A DNA stretch of 63,961 nt, the filler included, from Trypethelium eluteriae (Eukaryota): the NCBI GenBank assembly GCA_051942245.1. It is 3 parts of 3 records of this genome, joined end to end, with 100 filler letters (N's around TTAATTAATTAA, not from the genome) between each part and the next. Parts side by side here need not be neighbours in the genome. Positions count along the whole stretch, not along the records: positions 1 to 23,427 come from JAVECL010000420.1; positions 23,528 to 46,953 come from JAVECL010000421.1; 1 more part is not named here. The stretch is one strand, 5' to 3'. The notes beneath the pieces were generated by a model. That model did not search any database and was not told the origin of the DNA. It saw only the letters and a program-made list of their open reading frames with translations. Positions within the stretch are counted from its first letter, which is position 1; each line of letters begins with the position of its first letter. The translations under genes and the position numbers were made by a program. This document shows positions 12,471 through 26,123 of this stretch, piece by piece.

Positions 12471-13088
12471 AATTGAGTTTCTCACGTGAACGCACGTGTG
12501 AGTTTGCTGAGAGGGAAAGCTGTGTTGAGGTGAGCAACAGTATAAGGACTGACTGCCAGAATGTGAGGCTTGTCTCCAGAGTGTCTAATGCAACTTTATT
12601 TTCCGTCGCAACCTTGGATCCTTGCGAACGGCAGAACTTCGGCCCGATGTGTCTAGGCCTCCGGCTCCGATCCTCCCTCTTGTCGAGCTACGATACAGAG
12701 TAGTCCACACTCCGTATGAGTTTTGCACATTGCGATTGTGGTTGTTCCTTGCTTTTCTCTTACTTTGGTTGCTTAGCGTATAGAGCTCAAGGCTATAATT
12801 AGCTTCTCTGGCCCGCTACAGTCAGAAAGGCAGCAATCTTGAAGCTGAAGTCATCTCAAGGTCGATTGTATACTCTACACAGTACCATTATCCTGGCTAG
12901 ACTGGGTTTGATGCATCCATTTTACGATATCGATGTGGTATGGAAGTCTAAAATGCTGAAAACAGTTCTCGAGCTAAGGTATCATCTCTACTTCACTGGT
13001 CCCAATTCTCCTCTTCAATACCTCATATTTGTGGGTTATTTATTTCGTCTTTTGTGTCTTTCGCCCTTTCTGCACTGATGCAGCATCA

Positions 13089-14896
13089 TTACTCAGAATT
13101 GGACTGTGAAGATAATTCAGTTTCCCATCCAGCCTTTCGCTTCAGCAGAATAGGAACGTCTTTAGTTCGAACGAACCAATGGTTGGTTACTTTCCATTCC
13201 TGATCCGGATGTGCCAGAGCAATCTATTTTTTACCAAGTCAGCAAAATGTTCTACCTCGGATCGTCCAGGATCTTCTGAGAGATCGTTTGTCTCAACTTA
13301 CATCGTACTTTGCAAAGAGCGTCGCAATTGTCTTATAGCTTTCCAATTGACTCAAGTACTTCCCCATGCACATGCGATGTCCGGCTCCGAACGATAAGAG
13401 GGTGCCTTTCATTTTATTCCTCCGTGCTTGGAAATTCTCTTCAATTTCACCATGTTGCTGAAGCCACCGCTCAGGCTTGAACTTATCAGTGTCTGGACCA
13501 AAAACTTCCACGTTCCTATTGATCACCCAAGGATTCAACCCGACACAGGCATTTGCTGGCACAATCCGGTCATCAGGTAGAACTAGGCCATCTTGCGGAA
13601 CATGGCGTTCGAGCATCATTCCGATTGCGCCGTGGATACGCGTTGTCTCTTGCATTACCGCATCTAGGTATGGTAAGGAGTTGCACACCTTCCAGCTAAC
13701 TGGAAGCGATGGTTTGGCTTTCTCTAACTCTTCGCAGAGCTGCCCATGCACCTTGGGATGCTTCAAAACATAGTAGACAGCAGCAATCATAGTGATTGCT
13801 GTGGTGTCACTACCAGCAAGGACGTTGTTGAGCAAATAGGTCAGAACCACATTGTCATCAATAACTTCTGGGTTCTTAGCCTTCGCTTCGATGAATCTAT
13901 CCAGATAATTCTCTGGAGCGTCTCTTGACTTCTTTTGTTGCAATCTTTCAGCGTACGCATCCACACTGAAGCGCAGTGCCCAGGCAAAGGCTGGGGGCCC
14001 TATCCGATGGATTGGATTTTTATCCATAAATCTATCGAGTTCTGGTACCTGAGATACCTATGCACTGTGCTTAGTGAGGCGTTAGTATAATATGAAGCAC
14101 CAAGAAAGTTACCGGAGCAAAGTAGTCGAGTCCCTTTTCGGCAGTCTGGATGATTTTCCTATCATCATTTCCAGCTTCAAGGAGGCCGAAAGATTTGCCA
14201 AAAGTCACCCAGCTCATTGCATCCCAAGCAACTGATTGCTCTATTAGCGAATGGACCTTTCGCACTGTTTGCATCGAATTTTGGATACCATACAATATAG
14301 TAAGTAATCTGCAATGTCGCAGGATTTTGCCGGCGCGACAAACCTCTCTTCTATCTTGTCTATGAAGATGTTGAGGGCTGAATTAACATTGGGTTCAAAA
14401 TCTTGGACTTTGGTCATAGAGAACAATGGTTTTATTGGCTTCGTCTTAGCTCCATGCCAATCTTCATCCGTCGTACTGAAAAGATTGGGCACACGCTGAC
14501 CATCAACCACAGCGTCACTGACGGTCACCATTGCGGTCTTCGGACACACTCTCATCAGCATCGAAGGATCAGTTTCAAGGTAAATACAATACACTATCCT
14601 ACCTTTTTCAGTGGATTTCTGGTGGTGAGAACTTTACTGATCAAGCTAGGGTCTGATAAGCTGAGCATATTGGGACCCAATCGGACGGCTGGTCCATGTC
14701 TGCGATGGAGGTCGTTCTGTGTGATGTGGCTGCGTCCTCGATGGACGTCAAGAGCTCGCCACAGATCGGTGAAATTGGCTAGAAATGGGCCGGGATAGGA
14801 CTTCAAGGGCGAACGTAAGTAGTTCCAAAGCAACTTAGAAATAAGAAGGATGACAAGGCTGAGGAAAGAATCGAGTAGAAGACTTATCAAAACCAT
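13089..14896 (-). CDS. Cytochrome P450 monooxygenase (pisatin demethylase/benzoate hydroxylase-like), 5 exons
   Basis: N-terminal anchor with PGP, AGSDTT I-helix, ETTR, PERW, heme motif FGAGHRMCMG; introns restore a continuous frame. Confidence 0.93.
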
Positions 14897-16807
14897 CTCA
14901 GAAACACTACAGTCAGAATTTCGGCACTACCGATAACGGTACAATCTCAGAGACAAGGAGATTCAGAAGAGGAGGGGGTTTTACCAGGGCCTGGCTTATA
15001 AAGAAACGGGGAGTTGACTAAATGTTTCTGCACGGTGATAGCGGCTTCGCCCAAAGCCAGCCACCAGGGTTTTACCGGTGAGTCTCCCTGCTCCGGAGGA
15101 TATCTTTCCCATATCTGGCGAATAAGGAAACCACAGCACGGCAGCGATCGACGAGGGTTGTCTTGAAAGCTCCTATCCATGTTGCATCACTCGCTGAGCG
15201 AAGCGAAGGCAGCTCCCAGTGCCATAATTCCTGGGGATGTGTAGGTGCATGAATGTCTTACGTTGGTGGATGTCAGTACATCTCAGAATCGGAGGCACAA
15301 TCGTGAAATATCCCTTCTGCCAGGAAGATCCGTAGCCAGGCGATTTCAAGCAGATGGAATATCTATGTATCAAAGTTTGACTGTTTCAGTAGATGCCTTT
15401 GAGATTCGCATTGTACGCTTCTGCACGACTCATCTGTATATGAGAGTCTCCCGGACAACCCCCACACGTATCCGGTACCTTTAACAAAGGGCAGGAGCCG
15501 AGCCTTATGACTGACAATAAGGGCCAACTAGAAGATTCTCAACGGTGAGTTAAATGCTACCCTGCCAAGTAAGAACTCGACGTGAACGGTGAACATTAAC
15601 ATTCTACTTGTTCGAAGAGTCGCCCTTGTACGCTCGAGTAGCCTCCTCTCACAGCTTCGCACTTAGACAAGGACTCATAGCTGATCATTCCATGCTGCGA
15701 GCAATAACCCCAATACTGATCAGGCTTGAAGGCGAAGGGTTAAGCGAGGGAGATAAGGACCTCGGCTGCCGCTTTTGGGCCGTCAACCCTCTTTTTGGAA
15801 TCAGGACCTTCGTCATGCAGACCGGTGAGCAATATTAATGCAGTTGACGGCACTGCATTATTGGACCATAACGTTCATAGCCCTCAAGTTGAGCTGCTGA
15901 ATGCGGGGAATTCCTCTCAGGCGGCGCCTGCCTGCGTGACGATGGCAAGCACCAATTAACAGCCGGTTGATTCCAAGCCTTACGCGAAAAATCAATTTCA
16001 ATTGGAGTATAATCACACCTTCGGATCAGCGACTCGAGGCGAGAAGGCGACAGAAGGTCTATCTGAGAGTTCAAATCAGGTAAAGTTTCCAGCTTACCCA
16101 GTCTAGATGACTTCGGGTTCGCTTTCAAGAGCGAGCCAAGTAGGTTATCCTAATGCCTTGAGACGCTATCGTTAGTTCAAGGTCTCTGCAGGCTGAGCTT
16201 AGTACGCCTCCTCGTCAACTCCCCGCATGCAACTTTCGTGGCACTTGACGAACAATCGTTGTTTTGTATTAGGATAGAGACTGCATATTGACACATACGT
16301 CAAAGCCAAGTAGGCTTTCCTCTCTATCCGGAGCAGATGGACTGCTTCTCGTGTTGAGATACTCTTCTTTGCGAATTCTAGACTCCATGTACGAGGACAG
16401 GGGAGGAGACGATTCTATAATCAAATTGAAGGAAAACGTTGGCGAGGTGAGTAGCCTAGGTATAGTATTCAATGAGATTGGGAAGTGCCTCCACATGCAT
16501 CTCTTGTTGTTCTCGAATAGTAATTGCGGTCTTCGAACTCAAGATTTGAGCCCAAATGATTAACTGAGCCAGCCATTGGAGTTACGACATCCTGGGACTG
16601 GCGGAGAAGCTGCATGGTCCGTCACGTCATTCAGAGTTCAGGCGGTGAAAATTGGCAAAACTTCTCATGCACACTGAGCCCAACCCAAAATGGGCCGCGC
16701 GCTGAAATTTAATACAGAAGCAATTCCTGCGATATCGTTTGTGTCCCTTCAAAGAACCCTTACGGACAGTCTACGCTGTGGTACCGCCTGATGATACTAA
16801 TAACGCA

Positions 16808-18499
16808 ATGATGGAGGAGACTCAATCTATTCGAAATACCTTGGGAAAGCGGAAGAGGGAAGGAGACCCGGCATCAGAAGTCAGACTGTCTAAAGATTCA
16901 AAAGAGTTGTCCAACCAAGGTGAAGCTCTTCAACTTGACGCGAATTAATTTAATGCACAGAACTCCAAGCGCTGACTGTAAAGTTTAGATATTCTATATC
17001 GTGACGGGACCGGAGAGATCAGTGATGTTTCTTCCACAACAGACGATGCAGACCAACCGCCGTCAAACGTTACCACGCCTATGACACCACTTTCCGATTC
17101 AGCGACGAAGCGTGTTCGTCCTAAAATCTACACCTGTCCTTTTCAGGGTTGCGGCAAAGCTTATGATCGACCGATCCGGCTCAATACTCATCTGAGATCG
17201 CACACGGACGAAAGACCATTTACTTGCCCACACGCAGGGTGCGACAAATCGTTTAGACGAGAAGGCCATCTGGACTATCACATCAAGAATGTACATCTGA
17301 ACCAGAAGGATTATGTGTGTCAGTGGGAGGGTTGTAGGAAGGCCTTCGTCACTGCAACAAAGCTAAGGAAACATTACGAGTCACACCAAGGGCAGCTGCA
17401 GCATCGGTGTACAGGATATTCGCCTTGCAAGGAGCACTTCAGGAAGCACTCGACATTACAGAAGCATATCGCCACTGTGCATCTTCAGCAAAAGCCATTT
17501 CCGTGCACGCATATGGACGAAACAGGCGAGAAATGCACCTATGCATACGATACAATTGGTAGGCTGCGGGCACACCAGGGTCGTGTCCATGGTGGGATTA
17601 GATACTGGTGTGCAGTCTGCAACGGAGACGATGAGACAATGGCGCCAAGTTTGAGCCAAGAACTTGTCGGGTTTGCTACGTACGGAGAGCTGCAGAGTCA
17701 CATCAAACATGTTCATCCTCCCGTATGCAAGCAATGCGATGCCATCTTGCCTAGTCAACGCGCGTTACGCAAACATGTGGAGCTGAATCACGCAGGGCTA
17801 GAACTCAAGGATCGAAAGGTGTTTCTATGCGACGCTCCGGAGTGCGAGAAGAGCTTCACGAGACAGAATAATCTCCGTGCTCATGTTCGTGCTGCACATG
17901 AGAATCGCCGCTTTGTCTGCGGACAGGTCGAACTCAGCCACCTGAAGAATGTAAAGGATTGGGATGGCGCCAACGCATGCAGTCGAGATTTCGCCTCAAA
18001 GGCTGGGCTAGAGGACCATATTCGGACCCAACACCTGGGATTGGCTGGCAAGTCGAGACGAGCGGGACCACATAATCAATCGACTGCCCAATCAGAGACT
18101 GGGACTCTCTCGGGCATTGCGAAATTGACGGGTGCGGGTTATGGGGAGGAGACTGGCAGAGATATTGAGTGCATCATTCCGACGTGTCCATACAGATTTC
18201 ACCGATACTATGACCTGGAGGTCCATCTGGCATCAATGCACGATATGCCATCGGAGGAGATCACGGATGCGACAACCGAATACAATGCTCTCAACGGGGG
18301 CCAGTTCTGGATTGGTGGAATTGGCAAAGATGACGAATTTGTCACACAAGGCTTTAGACTATCTGGCGATGTACATACATCATTTTCTGATAGCGTTGAC
18401 GATGGAGCGATCAACGCTTTTCTCGATCCTCAGTTAGCGCTACCCGATGGACAGCAGGAGATGATACCTTCCAGCGAGTGGATGCTGCAGGAGAACTAG
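16808..18499 (+). CDS. PZF1: Transcription factor IIIA (multi C2H2 zinc finger), intron 16920-16988
   Basis: About 9-10 C2H2 fingers with the Pezizomycotina TFIIIA pattern (CT.Y.PC...FRKHSTLQKHI...HL.QKPFPC); divergent from RPB6 as in yeast. Confidence 0.85.
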
Positions 18500-20518
18500 C
18501 TAGCAGAGTTTTATCCGAATACCTGACTCTCAAATGCGTATGCGTATGATCATGGCGATGACTTTACTCGGAGTGCAGCTACTGCTTAAGCTGGGCTGGA
18601 TTTGCTTTATGAGATACCCCAGCATCACCGCAAGGTTTTGTTGGCCGTTTCAGCGCATGGCGCTGATGGTGCTGCTCTTGCAATCTAGGCTGACGAAGAT
18701 ATGTAATGAAACGCATGAAGGATATTACGAAACTATTGACACGACAAGTGCCACCGCAATAGGTGTATCTGTCACCCAAGCGTCGGTGCGTCGATGCGTG
18801 AATGGGGGAGCCGTTGTGGATCGACAATCTCGGCAGACGGGAAGAGCCATCTGGTTGGAATACACGTGTGCTTCCGAAGTTCCAGAACTGCAGATCGCGA
18901 TCGGCAACAAGATGTGGAAAGAGAATTCCTGCTGAAGGACTTTTCGTATTCTACGTAAACGTGATTGGAACCCGCGCAGCGTAAACATGGCATTTTCGAA
19001 AGACGAGAAACCCAACAACAACTGCAGAATGGCCATTGGTCCCCTTAGCCCAGAGAATAAAGCAGCGCATATGGTAGGATCAATAGCGTATGGTACGTGT
19101 GGTGCTTTCACTGCCGACTTCCGGGAGTGGAGTAAGCTGAGTGAGTGGCTTTATTGGATGGCGTCCAGGATGGCTGCTGGAAAGGACTAGGAGGAGCAGC
19201 GTGGAGGAGCTAAGAGATACAACAACGTGACCGGAAAAATACCATTCGACTCGTCGCAATATTCTCGTCTATCCCGTAGGGTGTGATTTTGATTGGAGGC
19301 AGCGAGAAGAGAGCTGAGTCCTTTGCAATCTAATATGAGAACAGAGCTGATAAGATACTGCCCCCGCCAAATGCGAGCCCACGCAGGACTTGCAGAAGGC
19401 GTGGAGTCAAAGTCGAATCATTCTCTGGACTTCGAGATATGGGCCCAAAAGGACAGGCGGGCTGGGTAAGGCAGGTGGGCAGAAGGGCAGGAAATGATGT
19501 TATCTGCATTGTGCAAGCCATCTGTTGCCGCACGCATGAAGAAACGAGTTTTACCGCCCGATGACTAGGATATTGGATGCAAAGCCGACTTCCCCCCCAC
19601 ATCTCCCTGGATGCCGGCCGGAAGAGGACAAGCAGTAAGCATGGGAATGCCAAATTAAGCACCGGGAAGTTTAGTTAGCGAGCGGTCGAGGCTGTTTTCC
19701 CCAGTTTGTCACCTCACCACCTTGTCCTCCCTCGGTGTCGTCCCATCAACGAGCGACGATGGGTGTACGGAGCATGGTCAGCACAGCCCGCCTCACTATC
19801 GTCGACTTGGACATGCTGGAGAAAAACGGTTTAGCCGTAGCGCCAGACATCTCCATTTCGATGCCACCAGGCACTCGATCCGAACACGCTTTCCTCCACC
19901 GCCGACTGCCCCATGTGAGCACTCGCGCAGATGCACCGCTCGCCTTCTGCTGTCAAAGCCTGCTGATGGCTTCCTGTCCCTGTCGTCGACCTCTCACAGG
20001 CTGTCAACGGTGAACGCCTCCTCATATAGCCAACCGCGGCTCTAGACAGCTTGCATAATGGGCGCACACTATCTACGGAGCAGGGCGCGACCCTTTTTTG
20101 GACCCGTTCTCTCGGGCCAGAAAGCCATTTCGTGATTCATAATAGGGCGTTAGATGCGCCGTCAAACTCTCTCTTTTGTTGTTCTCCTCCGAAACTGCAT
20201 TGCAACCCTCGTGCTTTGATCGTCAGCCCCAGCCGTCGCAGAGTCTAGACTCCGGGCCCCTAGTCGGCACAAGGGAACATCCTGCAAGGGGTATAGGTTC
20301 ACATATTTTCCGATTGGGTCCACCTCTCCTGCTGCCGCTTTAGGAAGTTTGCAACCGCCAAGAGCAACAGAGAGAGACAAATTAAGCTGTTGGCTCCTCT
20401 CTCCCCAAATTTCGATAAATGCTTTAGCGGTGGCAAGGACAAAGGGCAAGAAGGTACTGCAACCGGCCTGCCATATTACGCTCTCGGTCATGCTCGCTCC
20501 CTCGTGTCAAACAACGCC

Positions 20519-21923
20519 ATGTTTCCAAGGTTGGACCGTCGCCTTCAGCAAGAACCTGTGAGCTACGAGGATGGCGAAAGCTCGAGCTGCTTTGCTACGA
20601 GCAGCAGCATATTCGAAACGTCCGGATCTGTATACCGACATGTAAAAGACCAAAGAGAATCAGATCCGTCCCACCATGCCCTCTCCACCAACAGACCACG
20701 TCCGGGCAGACGGAGAAGGTCGTCTCATCTACAGCGTCACTGTACTCAGTATCCGGCCGCGGCACTATTTATCTCGACGAGTCAATTTCTGGTCATTTTC
20801 TTGTGCCTGGTTTCCCTCCTCTGTGGCAGTGTAACAGCATCAGATGCGGGCAGCCGTGTACTAGGAAATCGAGCACAGTTGCGCAGACTTGCCAGAAGAG
20901 GAGAAATACTCGTTGATCTTAGTGAACCTCCAACTCCTCGGATGCGTGAAAAGCGACAAGAGACGACCTCCTTGGGCCTTCCCCCGGCCATTCTACCCTC
21001 GAGCAAGCCAAATGCGCAAAGCACGCCGGCGAGCTCGACTGAAACGAGCTCTCCATCTCCAACGACTGGTTCAGCGACTGATTCAGCGACATCAACGCTT
21101 GCTACCGCGTCTCCCACTGCGACACAATCTCCTCTACCGTCCCCATTCGACTCGAGTCTCGGAAACAACTTCACCTCCCCATCGTGTCCAAACTTCTTCG
21201 AAAAGTTCCTATCGAATAGCTCCTTTAGTTCCTGCCTTCCTTTTTCGCTCCTTTTGCAGACGTCCAACTCGTTCTTCGCCGCCGAGCGCTCCCTCGTCCG
21301 TCTCACTCAAGCTCTGGATGCGACTTGTAATGTCAACTTTAATTCTTGCAACGCCATCATGTCCGATTTAGCCATTCAACTCATCAACAACGCAAACTGC
21401 GGTGCAGACTTCAAGGCGCAGAACCCGACTGTCCTCCAGGCATACGATGGGTTCGTTTCCTACGGAGTCCTCTACAATGCGGGATGCCAGAAGGACCCAG
21501 CTTCGGGAAATTACTGTACGTATCCAGTTCGAAAATCGTTTTCACTTCTCTTCTTTCGTGACCGATGCTGATCTCATATCTTCTTTTTCAGGCTTCGCCA
21601 ACGCCGCAACCAACATGTCCTCTATTACCGACTCCTACCCTTACTACCTCCCACTCGGGGTCGCGCTGCCTGGCGGAGCCCAGCCCAGCTGCAACGCATG
21701 CCTCCAGAACACCATGGCCACCTTCAGCTCCGCCGCATCGAACGCGACCCAGCCGGTCAGCGCCAATTACAAGGAAGCCGCGGAACAGATCAACGAGGCC
21801 TGCGGTCCCAACTTCGTCAACCAGAACGTCATGGTGATGTCGGGTGCTGGACGGGCCCAGGTGAACGCTGGACCCTGGAGCATATTGTTTGTTCTTGTGG
21901 TCATGTTCTGGAGCTGGCTTTGA
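20519..21923 (+). CDS. Cys-rich secreted/GPI-type surface protein (DUF7729-like); start uncertain; intron ~21517-21591
   Basis: Hydrophobic segment, Ser/Thr-rich linker, PSPFDSSLGNNFTSPSC...CLPFSLLLQTSNSFF Cys-rich domain, C-terminal hydrophobic tail. Confidence 0.75.
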
Positions 21924-22783
21924 ACTGGAAGTCATGGAATGGCGAATAATTGCGGCCGCAACGCAGGTTTCTCGCAGTCGCACAGGGGCTTTCCCATCCT
22001 CAAAATCGAATTCTACTGGTACCCTTTTTCCGCTCTGGCAAGTCGAGGTCTTCACTGGCTTCTACGTCTCCTCCAAAAACGACTACTCTCCTCCGTCGGC
22101 GCGTGTCACGATTCTCTCTCACCTCCTTCGCAACGTTCTCTGTATATACTTTCCTATTTTCCCCTTCGGGTCGAATTCGACAGCTGCTCGAGTAGCTTGG
22201 GTTTGGGAGAATTCGTTTTTTGATGAAAATTTTAGCGTCGGCGCTGGGATAGGTTTTGTAAATACGAAACTTTCGGGCCAGGCTAGGCGACTTTTCGTTT
22301 CACGTCCTTGTTGGCGGTCAGCGCTTCTGTTTGGCCTTCTTTCGCCATCATCCGCTACTTCATCATCCGAATCTATTTTAATCTTTAGTCTTCTTTTTCC
22401 CTTTCTTTGGGAGGGAACCGGTTAGGGGATTTGGCGATGCTTCGAGGCGATCTTTGATGATGTGAATGTCTTTGCATGCGGTGGTGCCGGCGAGCATCCG
22501 AGCGGGTTTCATGTCAGCTTACACCTTTTGCGCACCAAATGTTGTTGCTGTCTATTCTGGATCAGACCATTCCTCAAACGCAAAAGTTAGGCCAGGGAGG
22601 TTTTCTTGAGCGAATTGCTATTTGAGAAGAAGAGGTTACCTAAGAGCAAATCGCCTAGGATAACCTATCGAATCACATTCATTCCATCGAGTAATCACGG
22701 CTGAAGATATATACATACTGTGCATCCTCTATCGTCTCTTTCGTCTGTGCGATTTCCTTCTCCACAATTCGCGATCATCCACT

Positions 22784-23427
22784 TCAGGGTATGGGAAGGT
22801 CCAACACCTCGATGGCCTTACTCACATGACCGTAAAGGGAATCCGCGAAAAGAAACGGTAGCAATCGCTCCTCCCCCATATCCTTCACCACCTTCGCCAC
22901 CATCTCCAACCCCTCCTCCCCCATTTCCACGCTATCCTGGAACCGCTCCAATCCCGCCTCAATCTTCCACTGCAATCCTTTCCCCTCCTCCAGCACCATC
23001 ACCTTCAACATATTCACCACCCACTCCCGAACAAATAAGTCCCGCTCCTCGTCGCCTGCCGTCTTCCACACCCGCTCCTTCCACGTCGTCCCCTCCGCAG
23101 CCCTCAGCCATTTCACCGCGCCTCGATAGTAGACTCCAGCATTCCCTACTAAATTCCCCTGAGGGCCCCCCTGAACTCCTTTCGATTCTACGCCCGAGTC
23201 GGCCGCCACCACGCCGTTCGCGCTCCATTCGGGCTTCTGCCAATCTTCTTTGAATGCCGCCATTGCGCGCAAGCGAAACAATTCGACTGCGGCTCGCAGC
23301 GCGAAGATGCGGGACTGGGCGAGAGGATCCTTGCTGGCGTTCGGCAGGTCTGCAGCGGTTTTGAGGAGAGATTGCGCGTGGCTCAGGGCGCGCCAGCGCA
23401 CGCGTGGCCAGTGGGCGGGGTCGACGG
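22784..23427 (-). CDS. C-terminal part of a conserved fungal helical/TPR-like protein, 5' end lost in the gap
   Basis: Open frame to the gap with strong GC3 bias; RW..L..A...L..A..LP and NAGVYYRGA motifs. Confidence 0.65.
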
Positions 23428-23527
23428 NNNNNNNNNNNNNNNNNNNNNNNNNNNNNNNNNNNNNNNNNNNNTTAATTAATTAANNNNNNNNNNNNNNNNN
23501 NNNNNNNNNNNNNNNNNNNNNNNNNNN
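23428..23527. other. Artificial contig linker / assembly gap
   Basis: 44 N + TTAATTAATTAA (stops in all six frames) + 44 N. Confidence 0.98.
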
Positions 23528-24043
23528 CCCAGACTTAGCGGACCATGACCGTGCAGAGCGGGGAGGCCGATTAGACGAATCGAGTTAGTCCACAAGAGCC
23601 AGTGACCCTCACGTGCTTCACCTCCACGCCCTCCACTACACCTTTAGGTGAAACCAAGACTATTCTGCCGTAAAGGCGGTCAGTCCTTCTACAAGCTCAC
23701 CCTTGAATACCTAATTCTTCTCCGAGTGATTGACAAGGCTATCGTAGGCGAACTTTGCCACAGGAAGGGACACCCCCAACTTCCTTGATGCTTGATGGAT
23801 CGGCCATCCTTCGAGGATTAGAGGCAACTTCGGGTCTACCTGAACGAGAAGTGGCGCCAAGCGCTCGATCGCCTGCTCTGAGACTCAGAAATTGCTCATC
23901 CAGGTAGGTAACCAGATATACCAGTTCTCTGAGCACCCGAGGTCCAGTTCAGGCCTTATACAGTCAAGCCTTCGACCATTCTACGGCATCATCGAGTAAC
24001 CGCAATTTCATTTCCAAAACTTGTCCGACATTGTGCTCTCGAA

Positions 24044-25181
24044 ATGCCTGGCGGCAGAGGAGGACGAGGCGGTCGCCGTGGAAGCACTTCTAGGAATGTC
24101 CAAATATCCAAGCAGATCAGTTGGCTTCTGCGTCATGGAGCCGAACAGGAAGGCCTAAAGCTGGGGGTGGGTGGCTATGTGAACGTGGCAGATGTCGTGA
24201 GTTCTTTCGGTCTCTCCGTCTCTCAACCTCCTAAGCTATTGTGGCGTTTGTGACATATGTCATGCACCTCTTACCGTACTCGGATGATCGTATGTTTCAC
24301 ACGGACATCAGCACGCTTTCCAGTAACATGATGCGTCCGAAGGCGTTGATTCATAGCATGCACCACTACTTCCGTTGAATAGTTGTATTACTAACTAAAT
24401 CCAGCTCAACAGCAATTATCTGAAATCCAAGAAAATAACTTTCACCGAATTACGCAAGGTCGTGGCCGAAAACGACAAGCAGCGATTCTCTCTCATCCCT
24501 AGATCTTCTCTCCAAAACCCACCCACCGTCATTCCCAGTGATGATTCCGCCACTGCCACTGCTTCGAATACACCCTCACTCTTGCTCGACGGCGATGCTG
24601 GGAACGAGACATTATCTACCTCGGATAATCCACGTGACTATCTAATACGCGCCAATCAAGGCCACAGTATCGCTGTGGCTACCGAAGGTCTTTATGAGCC
24701 AGTCACTCTAGACAACGCGCCAGCCATGTGCGTCCACGGAACCTCCCACAACAATTGGTCCCTGATCCTGAAATCCGGTGGCCTGAAACGAATGAAGAGA
24801 ACGCATGTGCATTTTGCTTCCGGACTGCCCCAGGGAATGAGCATGCTTCCAGAGGATTACGAGGCTGACGGACAGGAAAACGAGAACAGCTCGCTGATGC
24901 GACCGCAGGATGCGCCGGTAATTTCAGGCATGCGCGCATCAACTGCGATCGTGATTTATCTTGACCTTCCTGCTGCACTTTCTGCGGGCCTTCAATTCTT
25001 TCGAAGTGAGAATGGCGTTCTGCTTTGCGCGGGTGAAGCCGAGACGGATTTGATCCCTTGTAAGTTTTTCAGTCGGGTCGAGGAGCGAAAGTGGGGAATC
25101 GGTATCCTCATGAAGAATGGCGAACTTGTAAAAGACCTGCGTCGGCCACTCAAAGGACCAAAGTGGGAAAAGAACGGTTAA
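24044..25181 (+). CDS. TPT1: tRNA 2'-phosphotransferase, intron ~24197-24404
   Basis: ISKQISWLLRHGA, NDKQRF, IRANQGHSI, HGT, GLKRMKRTHVHF, SGMR, SENGVLL. Confidence 0.93.
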
Positions 25182-26123
25182 TTCTAGACCATCCTTCCAT
25201 GTCTGCATCGCTCAAGGGCTTCTACATGGACGGAGTCATCAGTCGGTTGATGCGGGATTCGATCAACTAGAATCTATCTTTGCTTGAAACGAAGTGGCGT
25301 TCACTTCCTAGAATCAGCAAGATGCTTGTACGATATCCTACTTCATGCAACAGCATAGCAATTATTAGACTTTACTAGCACATCGACGACTTCTCGTCGG
25401 TTTTCCTTGATTTGGATTGCATCATGGAGCTTTTCCTACAACCGATCTCAAGCGATGGTTCCGTCCGTGTAAATGGAAAGGAATGTTAGTTGCGTTAACG
25501 TCCCGCTCAAGAAAGCACCAGATCTCGCAAAGCATGTGTACCAGTGAAGAATGCTCTGCCTAATCAGTGTCCTCCCCAAACATCAGATCAGGATATTGGT
25601 AAGACATTCTCGTAAGTTTAGGTGTCACCAGGTCGGAAATGAGAGCAGCTTTCTGGAAAGGGGAGATTAGTGTTGCGACTGGCGCCCGGTCATGGTAAGA
25701 CTGAGGCTGCGTGGCGACTGAAACATTCATGAGTATCTAGATGCATTTGCATTATCGTTTGATGCTATAGCAAATGCAGCGCGGATAATGCCATTGGTCT
25801 TCTCGACTACCGGGTAGTAGTGGGGCTGCCGAGCGCTGTGGCCGAGATTGGCCGAGATGGCAATGCAGGATCGCCATGAGGGATTTGGTGGATTGGTGGG
25901 ATCTCTTCCACTACTCCGTAAGGAGGACAAAAGCCTCGAATCCATCTCGGCAAAGTTTCTGCAGATCCTTGCATCGTTCTTCATCGACCTTGACCGCATC
26001 GCCATCCCCCGCAATCCCAATTTTCGCTGTCTATTGCGCCTAGAAAATTTCCTTGTTGGATTGTGGTTCTCTATGGCATCCTTCGTTTCGAGTATTGGCT
26101 TTCCTAGCAGATTCTGAGACATC

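Noticed and set aside
591..14896. Monooxygenase, esterase and P450 as a secondary-metabolite cluster
   Set aside because: Interspersed with housekeeping genes, and no PKS, NRPS, terpene synthase or cluster regulator is present
23472..23483. TTAATTAATTAA palindrome inside N runs (also at 46998-47009)
   Set aside because: Identical six-frame-stop spacer inserted during scaffolding; not biological
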